In this document: positions 1-7,376 of the stretch, piece by piece | Layout of the letters: the number at the start of each line of letters is the position of its first letter | Numbering within the stretch: position 1 is the first letter of the stretch | Assembly (NCBI GenBank): GCA_023388495.1 | Contig: JAEWGC010000039.1 | Coordinates: 51,304-115,303, forward strand | Length of the DNA: 64,000 nt | Source of the DNA: Bacillota bacterium | GTDB taxonomy: Bacteria; Bacillota; Clostridia; Tissierellales; Tissierellaceae | Direction: 5' to 3' | Translations under genes and position numbers: made by a program | The notes under the pieces: model-generated | What the model saw: the letters and a program-made list of their open reading frames with translations, nothing else | Told to the model about the DNA's origin: nothing | Database searches by the model: none

Positions 1-15
1 GATAGAAGAATAATA

Positions 16-933
16 ATGAAAAAACTTGTGGGAGAAGTGTATTTTAAAAAATTTGTAATTCATGATATGAAAAATTTAGATCATTATTCTCATGTAGTGG
101 TAGATTTAGAAGCTTTAAATGATAGTGAAGATGAGATTATAGAAGCAATCATAGCTTTTAAAATGATATATAATCCTAGAATAATTATTTTTGCTAAAGA
201 AATCAATAATCTATTTCTTAGTAGGATTGTGAATGAAGCAAATATATATGATGTAATAACATCGAGTGATATGGATGAGATTAGGGCATCAATGGAAATG
301 TGTTTAGATCAGGAGGAAAAATTTAGGGATGAGATTAGAAAATATATAAAAAGACTTAATTTAAAATACTCATTTACTAAGAAAAATGTAAAGATTCTCG
401 TAGCAGGAATAAAGAGCATCTTTGGGGCAACTAAAACTGCAATTAACCTAGCCACATTTTTAGCAGACATAGGAGCTAATGTATCTTATACAGAGGTAAA
501 TGGAAGTGGGTATCTTAATAAAATATCCAACTATTATGGGTTTAAAGATTCGCAGTATAGAGACATAGTATTTTTCGATAATGGAGATGTCCCCATAGAT
601 TTTAATTTCAATATAATTGACATAGGGTTATTGAAAGAGAAAAGCTTAAAAAACTTTAAGTCAGAAGAAATTGCTGAGGTAAGAATTCTTTGTGGAGCTA
701 CAAAAGAATCTGAACTAAATGATTTAATGAAGGTATTAGATGATGAAGGTCCAAAAATTGATGTTATTTTAAATTATGCTTCTGAAAAGGAAAGAAATTT
801 TGCTAGAAAGTCATTAAAAAATAAAAGCAATATATATTTTAGTGATGATTCCATTGCTTTGTTTGATACTAAAAATTCTCAATTTTATAGAGAAATACTT
901 AGTAAGTACATCATTGAAAATAAGAAAAATTAA
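16..933 (+). CDS. Hypothetical protein with a possible receiver-like N-terminus and a degenerate ParA/CpaE(TadZ)-like P-loop
   Basis: 305-aa ORF. The segment VKILVAGIKSIFGATKTAINLATFLADIG resembles a deviant Walker A of MinD/ParA/CpaE ATPases. It lies directly upstream of the hydrolase gene. Confidence 0.35.
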   Translation: MKKLVGEVYFKKFVIHDMKNLDHYSHVVVDLEALNDSEDEIIEAIIAFKMIYNPRIIIFAKEINNLFLSRIVNEANIYDVITSSDMDEIRASMEMCLDQEEKFRDEIRKYIKRLNLKYSFTKKNVKILVAGIKSIFGATKTAINLATFLADIGANVSYTEVNGSGYLNKISNYYGFKDSQYRDIVFFDNGDVPIDFNFNIIDIGLLKEKSLKNFKSEEIAEVRILCGATKESELNDLMKVLDDEGPKIDVILNYASEKERNFARKSLKNKSNIYFSDDSIALFDTKNSQFYREILSKYIIENKKN

Positions 934-980
934 GTTATTAAGGGTGATAAGATATCGCCCTATTATTATTTTAACAGGAG

Positions 981-2276
981 GTGCTTACTATTAGTGCAAC
1001 AGCTATTGAATTATTAAAAAAAATCTTAGTTCAAGCAGCATTAGATGAAGAAAGTAGAAAGAAGTTATTTATGATATTAATTAGTATTCTAAACGTAGTT
1101 ATAATATTACTTCTCGCTTTAGTTAGTTTTCCATCAATACTTATTAGTATATTATTCGGGAGTACAGGGGAGTCAAATCCTAATTTACCTGATGATATAG
1201 CAAAAGTAGCAATATATCAGGATGCCATATTTGAAATAGATAGAATGAATCAAGAATGGATAGAGTTGGTTAAGGCGGACAATTCTGATTGTGACGAGTT
1301 TGAAGTTACATACAATTATGATTTGACCTGGCATGAGTTAATATCTATTGATTCTGTACTATTAAATCAGGATTTTACAAAAATGAAATCTTCAGACATT
1401 ATAGACACTGGTCTAAAATTTATAGAAAAGGATTACAGTATATCTACACAGGAAGTAGAGGAGGAATATGAAGAGGAAGAAGAATATGAAGAAACTATAA
1501 TAGGTGAAGATGGAAAGCTTAAAAAAGTTACAAAGACTAGAACAGTAACTAAAACTGAGACTAAGACAATAAAAATATGTACAATAACAGTAGATACAAA
1601 GAACTTTGAAGATGTCTTGCTAGATGTAGACATAACTACTGAAGAAGATGTATTTATAGCAACGAATATATTGAATACCATCTCATCCATGGACGTTGAA
1701 GGAAATCTAAATATTTATGATAATATCGGCTTATCAGATCTACAAGAGTATCCAGAGGGATATGCAAGCTTACCTTATTACAATCAAACTGATGCCAGGT
1801 GGGGAAGTTTACCATATGGAAATTCAACCATTTACTCAGGCGGTTGTGGCCCAACTTCCTTGGCCATGGTTGTATCAGGATTGACAGGGCAAAGAATTAC
1901 TCCCAATATTGTAGCAGATTGGAGTTATGCCAATGGGCATCGAGCTGAAGGACAAGGGTCTTATTGGAGTCTTATGGCAGCTGGAGGGAGCTATTATGGT
2001 CTTAATGTAGAGCCAGTAAGCCGTAAAAATCCTAATAAGATTGTACAAGCTTTAAGTGAAGGTTATCCAGTGATTGCTTCCATGGGCAAGGGCCACTTTA
2101 CAAATGGAGGGCATTTTATAGTTTTAAGGGGTATTACTCCAAATGGAAAAATATTAGTACATGACTCAGCAAGTGTAGAAAGAAGTAACAAGGAGTGGGA
2201 TTTAAGTATTATTATGAATGAAAGTAGTAAAAATGGTGGAGTAAATGGAAGTCCGTTTTGGATATTCAGACCTTAA
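981..2276 (+). CDS. Membrane-anchored cell-wall hydrolase with a C-terminal papain-like (peptidase C39-like/CHAP-like) domain, of the conjugative-element type
   Basis: N-terminal TM helix, an acidic E/Y-rich and TKT-repeat linker, and a C-terminal GGCGPTSLAMV...GHFIVL (Cys...His) signature. GTG start sits next to AGGAG, so the exact start is uncertain. Confidence 0.55.
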   Translation: MLTISATAIELLKKILVQAALDEESRKKLFMILISILNVVIILLLALVSFPSILISILFGSTGESNPNLPDDIAKVAIYQDAIFEIDRMNQEWIELVKADNSDCDEFEVTYNYDLTWHELISIDSVLLNQDFTKMKSSDIIDTGLKFIEKDYSISTQEVEEEYEEEEEYEETIIGEDGKLKKVTKTRTVTKTETKTIKICTITVDTKNFEDVLLDVDITTEEDVFIATNILNTISSMDVEGNLNIYDNIGLSDLQEYPEGYASLPYYNQTDARWGSLPYGNSTIYSGGCGPTSLAMVVSGLTGQRITPNIVADWSYANGHRAEGQGSYWSLMAAGGSYYGLNVEPVSRKNPNKIVQALSEGYPVIASMGKGHFTNGGHFIVLRGITPNGKILVHDSASVERSNKEWDLSIIMNESSKNGGVNGSPFWIFRP

Positions 2277-2465
2277 TTAGAATGTTTTTAAAATAAGTTT
2301 TATTACAGGGGTGATACTATTTTAAATTCAATAGACTTACTTCAAATAGATAATAGGGGGATAGATCTGTTTCATTCTTTTAGAGTTGAAGAATTAGCTT
2401 TTAAACTATGTAATTCATTAGATATATGTAATGAAGAAAGAAAGGAAATAGTTTTATCGGCTACT

Positions 2466-2876
2466 ATGCATGATATAGGAAAGAGTAAGATAGATTTAAA
2501 TATATTAAATAAACCAGGAAAGTTAAATAATAATGAATGGAATCAGATAAAGCTGCACCCAAAATATGGTGCAGCTATTGCTTTAATGATGGGATATAAC
2601 GTTAATATAGCACAAAATATTTTATATCATCATGAGAATGTTGATGGTACTGGATATCCTAAAGGATTAAAAGAAGAAAAGATACCTCTGGGAGCTTCTA
2701 TAATAAGAATATGCGATAGTTATGATGCCATGAGAAGTATAAGACCATACAATCGTGTAATGACACATACAGAGGCCTTAGAGGAGTTGGTAAAAGAGAA
2801 AAATATATACAGAAAGGAGATATTAGACAAATTTATTAATTTAGATCTAAATATGTTTCAAAAGTATTATAAGTAG
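2466..2876 (+). CDS. HD-GYP domain protein (stand-alone). The true start is probably upstream.
   Basis: MHDIGK...HHENVDGTGYPKGL...RICDSYDAM motifs. The frame is open back to 2292 and includes HSFRVEELA (the first His of the HD fold), but no ATG/GTG/TTG is present. ATT at 2319 follows AGGGGTGA. Confidence 0.6.
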   Translation: MHDIGKSKIDLNILNKPGKLNNNEWNQIKLHPKYGAAIALMMGYNVNIAQNILYHHENVDGTGYPKGLKEEKIPLGASIIRICDSYDAMRSIRPYNRVMTHTEALEELVKEKNIYRKEILDKFINLDLNMFQKYYK

Positions 2877-2882
2877 CTCATG

Positions 2883-2910
2883 GAAGACATTAAAGGATGT
2901 CTTTTTCATA
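2883..2910 (+). terminator. Rho-independent terminator after the HD-GYP gene
   Basis: Hairpin gaagacat-taaagg-atgtctt followed by a T-run. Confidence 0.55.
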
Positions 2911-2943
2911 TATATTTTTAAATTAAATAGAGGAGGAAGTACA

Positions 2944-3014
2944 ATGACAACTAACAATTATACATTATCTTATGATAAAGTTATGCTTGATGAATTTTAC
3001 GATGAAGAGAGTAA
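2944..3014 (+). pseudogene. 5' part of a 149-aa hypothetical gene split by transposon insertion
   Basis: ATG at 2944 with GGAGG upstream. It reads MTTNNYTLSYDKVMLDEFYDEES, then runs into transposon sequence and stops at 3066. Confidence 0.8.
3009..3014. repeat. Target-site duplication GAGTAA (left copy)
   Basis: The identical hexamer abuts the other transposon end at 6489-6494. Confidence 0.8.
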
Positions 3015-3159
3015 TGTTACGCGTCACATTATTCCAGCCTACAAAAGTCAAATTAATTTAACCTAGTTTTAGGCTAAAAAGTACATAAAAGTGCAGATTA
3101 AATAATCTGCTCACTAGATTTTAATGAAATAAGTCAAATTATTGTATCTTGAAAATAAA

Positions 3160-3345
3160 GATAAGGGGACTTTGTCCCCTTAAACCCCTAGGATTTATCG
3201 CCTTTAAGGTAACCCATTAACGAAAATTAATAAGGTGTGCCTTCTCCCCAAGAAAGGGGAGGTTAATGGTATTACCCCTTTAGGACGCTCGGGTTGCATC
3301 CCTGCATGGCCCTATCCTTCCTAAAGAAGAAGACACACCTTTAAG
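3160..3345. ncRNA. Candidate structured RNA/DNA element inside the transposon left arm
   Basis: Non-coding block that is visibly G+C-richer than its surroundings. Helices: AGGGGAC/GTCCCCT (3164-3180), CCCC/GGGG (3246-3259), a 13-bp long-range helix 3232-3245 with 3328-3341, and CCATTAAC/GTTAATGG (3214-3221 with 3262-3269). Confidence 0.3.
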
Positions 3346-3360
3346 GCAAGATATTTAAAT

Positions 3361-4167
3361 TTATGCTACAATATTTAGTTCATTTTGAGCCATGAATACT
3401 ACTTCACTATCAATAGATTTAAGTTTTTCATTGGCACCAGAGATTAGGCACATTCTTACCAAAGAATTTAATGTTCTAATAGAACCATTAGTACTTGAGT
3501 ATAATAATTCATAGGCACTATCAGTAAATATTGGCTCATAACAACCACTAGACTCTAACCTAGACTTAATATATTCTTTAGTCTCATCCTTTGTAAGACC
3601 TTTTAAATAATAATTTACTACGATTCTTTGCCTGAGGGCTTCGTGGGATTGGCGGCTAATTTGAGTAATAAATGGAGTCTGACCTGATAAAATTAAAATA
3701 GCATAATCTTTAGAATCCATTTCAAAGTTAAATATGAGCCTTAAATCATCTAATACAGAGTTTGTTAAAAACTGTGCCTCATCTACAATAATTACTGGAG
3801 TAATATTTTTGCTGTGTTGATAAGTGTAGATAGATTCTTGAATTTGTTTAAACATAAGCACCTTTTTATGAGCTGGAATTATTCCAAGTCCATTACATAA
3901 GGCCCTGTAAAAATCCATAACAGTTAAAGTGGAAATAGGGATATATACAGGTTTAAACAAATTAGGATTTAAAGAATCCACGAAATATCTAAGGAGAAAT
4001 GATTTGCCTACACCAGGTTCCCCAGTGATTAAGCCAAAACCCTTAGTACTTTTTAAAAACTCTAACCTACTTAAAGCATCATTAAAATCCTGAGATTTAA
4101 AATGATCCTTAGTTTCAATAGATTTTAAAAATGGGTCATAAGATAAACCATAAAAAGCTTTAAACAT
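3361..4167 (-). CDS. AAA+ ATPase, ExeA/TniB-like transposition helper
   Basis: Walker A GEPGVGKS and Walker B IIVDEAQ. It starts 1 nt after the transposase stop. The pairing matches the Tn552 p271 and TniB type. Confidence 0.8.
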   Translation of the reverse strand: MFKAFYGLSYDPFLKSIETKDHFKSQDFNDALSRLEFLKSTKGFGLITGEPGVGKSFLLRYFVDSLNPNLFKPVYIPISTLTVMDFYRALCNGLGIIPAHKKVLMFKQIQESIYTYQHSKNITPVIIVDEAQFLTNSVLDDLRLIFNFEMDSKDYAILILSGQTPFITQISRQSHEALRQRIVVNYYLKGLTKDETKEYIKSRLESSGCYEPIFTDSAYELLYSSTNGSIRTLNSLVRMCLISGANEKLKSIDSEVVFMAQNELNIVA

Positions 4168-4168
4168 A

Positions 4169-5449
4169 TTAATTCATACTCCTTTCATTTTCATTGGGAT
4201 TAAAAGAAGAGAAATCAACACTTTTAAAATTATGCTCTCTTCTAATTTTAGAGTTATCAACTTTCTTAACTGGATAAATTGTATCAAGCAAAAGATTATC
4301 ATCAGAAAAAATATATGCTTTATCCATGGCAGTTGGGTCATACCTAATATTAATAGTGTCTCCCACATACTTTTGAGGAACTTCAAAAAGGATATTCTGT
4401 ATGGAAACAGTAGAATCTTTTTTAACCTTGCGGGTAATCCTGTAAAGAAAAATATAGTCAATCTCTTGCTTTGTAGGAATAAATTTAATTAAATCAATAT
4501 GACGAATAAATTTATCAATAGGTTTTTCGTTAATAGAAGAATGAATTTTAGAGTTGTAACCTTCCTCAACATACTTAAATAGAGATTTATTTAACTCCTC
4601 TAGGGAAGAAAAATCATTCCAATTGATAACATTCATCCATTGATCTTGAAGGGTCCTAAACCACCTTTCAATTTTCCCTTTTGATTCTGGCGAGTAGGGT
4701 CTTGCGAAGGAAAGAATAGTACCAATACTAGCCGTAATAAATTGCATCTGATTACTCTTGTAAACCTTTCCATTATCAACAAAGAGCTTCTTAGGAATAC
4801 CTCTTTTAGAAACAGCCTTCTTAAATACAGATAAAAGAGATAAGAAGTTATCATTAAAAAAGGCTTCAGCATGAATAATAAGGCGACTTGAATCATCTAA
4901 TATTGCAATAATAAAAGTCTTATGCTTTTTACCATCAATGCTAAGATAAGGGCCAACAGAAATATCAGATTGCCAACATTCATTAGGAAATTCAAATTCA
5001 AAGGCAAGTCTTTCTGCACCTTCCAGTTTCTTAGATGAAAGGTTAGACTTAGAAATAAACCTTTGAACAGTAGATAAAGATATTTCATCATAATTGACAT
5101 AGCCCTTAGCAATAAGTTCCTGATAAATAGATTTAGCAGATCTTTTAGGAGAATTTAATTTAGAAGAAATGATAAATTCCTTAGCATCATCAGGTAAATT
5201 CCTTGGTTTTCCTTTGTCAGAGCGTACCTTTGGATAAAGACCATCAATGCCAAAGCGTCTGTAAAGGCGAAGCCATTCCTTAATAGTTTCAGGAGCATAT
5301 TCCCGATTGCCTAAAGGGGTAGTATACTCCTTAGCAGATACTTCCTCTAAATATTCCTTAGCCGTAGACTGGGTAAAGGTTTCAGTAACTAAGGGTGCAA
5401 TTAATGAATACCTAAAAAGAGCAACATTTTGTCTTAAATTCTCATCCAT
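4169..5449 (-). CDS. DDE (rve/integrase-core) transposase, Mu/Tn552/TniA-like
   Basis: N-terminal HTH region. Catalytic signatures are WQSDIS (D), LFVDNGKVY (D) and PYSPESKGKIERWFRTLQ (E). Confidence 0.85.
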   Translation of the reverse strand: MDENLRQNVALFRYSLIAPLVTETFTQSTAKEYLEEVSAKEYTTPLGNREYAPETIKEWLRLYRRFGIDGLYPKVRSDKGKPRNLPDDAKEFIISSKLNSPKRSAKSIYQELIAKGYVNYDEISLSTVQRFISKSNLSSKKLEGAERLAFEFEFPNECWQSDISVGPYLSIDGKKHKTFIIAILDDSSRLIIHAEAFFNDNFLSLLSVFKKAVSKRGIPKKLFVDNGKVYKSNQMQFITASIGTILSFARPYSPESKGKIERWFRTLQDQWMNVINWNDFSSLEELNKSLFKYVEEGYNSKIHSSINEKPIDKFIRHIDLIKFIPTKQEIDYIFLYRITRKVKKDSTVSIQNILFEVPQKYVGDTINIRYDPTAMDKAYIFSDDNLLLDTIYPVKKVDNSKIRREHNFKSVDFSSFNPNENERSMN

Positions 5450-5687
5450 AATATAACCTCCTAGTATTTAGTTACCAGTATTTTTGGCAAAATAGTAATC
5501 CTTACCCCTTAAAGGTTATGTGGGATGAAAAACAAGAGAAAATTAGGACAAGTTCCCAGAATAAAGGGACTAAATAAATTGCATTAAAAACAAAAAAATA
5601 TAGGAAAAGGGGATAAAAAGATAAAAACAGCATAAAAGATAGATAAATTCTAAGAAATAGACACAACTATCCCTTGGAAAAGTCAAA

Positions 5688-6257
5688 TTAAACTTTGGAG
5701 AAAAAATACTTTGACATCAATTTAAAGAAGTTAGAATTAAAATCAAATATATCCTTTGGAAAGGCTTTAACCTTTTCAAGAATAGATAATGGATCAGGAT
5801 TATCCATATCATAATAAAGGGATTCAAAATTAACAAAGAAGGAATTAACAACAGATTTATTCTCCTTCATACGCTTTTTAAATGAAGAGATATTTGAAGC
5901 TTTAATAGATAAATCAGGATTGAAACTATTAAAAAGATCAACTATCTTAGAATATGAAACTTTTACGACAAAAGATAAATATAAACATTCAAAAATAAAT
6001 TCTAGTGAATATTGATAATATGGAATAAGAAAACTAGGTAAAACAGCATGAGTTTTACCACACGAAGGACATTTGACACGAAGAATATTAATTCTATAAA
6101 TAGAATATTTGGTAATAACATTACGAGAATAATATCCATGCCTATGGAGCATTCCTTCATAATTACAAAATTTACAACCGTATATAGGTGAAATATAAAT
6201 TTCTTTTCCTAAATCTAAATATCTAGTTATATTTTTAAAATAGCTGGTTATAATCAT
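5688..6257 (-). CDS. Zn-ribbon protein, DUF6431-like transposon accessory protein
   Basis: CKFC...HRHGYY...CPSCGKTHAVLPSFLIPY pattern. First gene of the three-gene unit. Confidence 0.5.
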   Translation of the reverse strand: MIITSYFKNITRYLDLGKEIYISPIYGCKFCNYEGMLHRHGYYSRNVITKYSIYRINILRVKCPSCGKTHAVLPSFLIPYYQYSLEFIFECLYLSFVVKVSYSKIVDLFNSFNPDLSIKASNISSFKKRMKENKSVVNSFFVNFESLYYDMDNPDPLSILEKVKAFPKDIFDFNSNFFKLMSKYFFSKV

Positions 6258-6488
6258 AATACAGTTTAATAAAAAAGAATTTGGATTTAGGAGAAGGGCT
6301 TTGTTAAGGGGGCCTTTTTCCTATTTCTTTTTTATTAGGATTATTGACTTGATTACTATATTTTAAAACATCAGATTAACTAATCTGGTCCGAAATTAGT
6401 CAGATTAGTTAATTTGACCATGCTTTAATGGGTGAAATAATTTGATTTTTTAGGTGGAATTTAGGGTAAGGTAATTTGCTTTATAACA

Positions 6489-6494
6489 GAGTAA
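6489..6494. repeat. Target-site duplication GAGTAA (right copy)
   Basis: Identical to 3009-3014 and immediately follows ...TAACA. Confidence 0.8.
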
Positions 6495-6873
6495 AGAGCT
6501 AATAACAGGATTAGCTGTATTCTTAAAATTCGACCATGTATTTACAAATACCAAGCTGACAGATGAACAGTTAAAAGATTTTAGAATTTATAAACCAGAA
6601 CTAGTCTATGTTGAAGGAATAGGCGATACTTGCCTATATGAACTTGTTGAAATTGGCTTCAATAAAGGCAAAAGAGAAATATATCTAAATTGCCACCCGT
6701 TTGTAGAGGGAAAAGTTCATATTGTAGAGTATCTAAAGTTTAATAATGAGAATGATTATATTGAAATTTCAGAAAAAGAATTTTTGAGGATTCTTTATGA
6801 TAACTTTGATAGCTTCTACAATCCAAATCATCAGCAAACGTTGTCATATATTCCAAATATATTAATCGAATAA
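6489..6873 (+). pseudogene. 3' part of the 149-aa gene split by the transposon
   Basis: Open frame SKELITGLAVFLKFDHVFTNTKL...IPNILIE* with no start codon of its own. It is in frame with 2944-3014 once 3015-6494 is removed. Confidence 0.8.
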
Positions 6874-7144
6874 ATTCTTTATGTCATTTGCTAGTTTTGT
6901 TTTTTCTTGTTTTTTATAGTTAGGGTCTGCTGTAAATCCGATGGATATATTTCTGAGCTTTATTCTTTCATAGAGTTCAGGTAAGAGTATTTTAACTTTT
7001 CTCCTATTTTTAAGAGAATAATGTCTATTATCACCATTTTTATCATGATCAATTAATCTTTGATAGTAGATAGCATCAGGATCGTATAAATTATATTTTC
7101 TATTAATTTGCTTTCTAATATCATCTTCAACGATACTAAGACTT
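6862..7144 (-). pseudogene. 3' remnant of an unidentified gene, with no start codon
   Basis: About 93 codons are open on the minus strand (..SIVEDDIRKQINRKYNLYDPDAIYYQRLIDHDKNGD..NLFD*). It contains no Met and abuts another remnant at ~7140. Confidence 0.3.
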
Positions 7145-7234
7145 GAAACAGGAGAAATGAGTAACCCAGCATTAAAGACTTTATTAACACTATGTAAAGA
7201 GTTAGATATAACAATTAATGAGCTTGTATATTAA
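7139..7234 (+). pseudogene. C-terminal remnant of an XRE-type HTH protein
   Basis: RLETGEMSNPALKTLLTLCKELDITINELVY* matches only the second half of an HTH_3 domain. Upstream in-frame sequence is not HTH-like. Confidence 0.35.
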
Positions 7235-7376
7235 TTATGGCAATCTTGTCACTATAACTATTTTTATGCTTTCTGAAATAGTTTACTGGCATATATGTCA
7301 CAGATTTTACTAACATTAATCATAACAAATCTTATCATATATGATACTTATAAAAAATATTTTAGAGGTGATACAA

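Larger units (their letters stand above)
3015..6488 (-). mobile_element. 3,474-bp Tn552/Mu-type transposon (DUF6431-like gene, DDE transposase, AAA ATPase)
   Basis: Ends are 5'-TGTTA...TAACA-3' with imperfect inverted termini and a 6-bp direct duplication GAGTAA. Precise removal restores the flanking ORF in frame. CAAATTA-type subterminal repeats occur at both ends. Confidence 0.85.

Noticed and set aside
4174-5112. Several 70-95-aa ORFs in alternative frames within the transposase gene (both strands).
   Set aside because: They are nested inside a DDE transposase ORF with an intact catalytic triad, are low-complexity, and have no independent translation signals.
5678-5691. Internal copy of AAAAGTCAAATTAA at the 3' end of the DUF6431-like gene. 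It might have delimited a shorter two-gene element.
   Set aside because: It is in direct rather than inverted orientation relative to the left arm, and there is no duplication or ORF logic at that point. It is probably a coincidental or auxiliary site.
3047-6418. First guess for the transposon ends: GTCAAATTAA.. at 3047 and its inverse ..TTAATTTGAC ending at 6418.
   Set aside because: There are no matching flanking duplications, and joining these points does not restore the split ORF. The 3015/6488 ends have TG..CA termini, a 6-bp GAGTAA duplication and in-frame ORF restoration. The 3047/6418 motifs are better explained as internal transposase-binding repeats.
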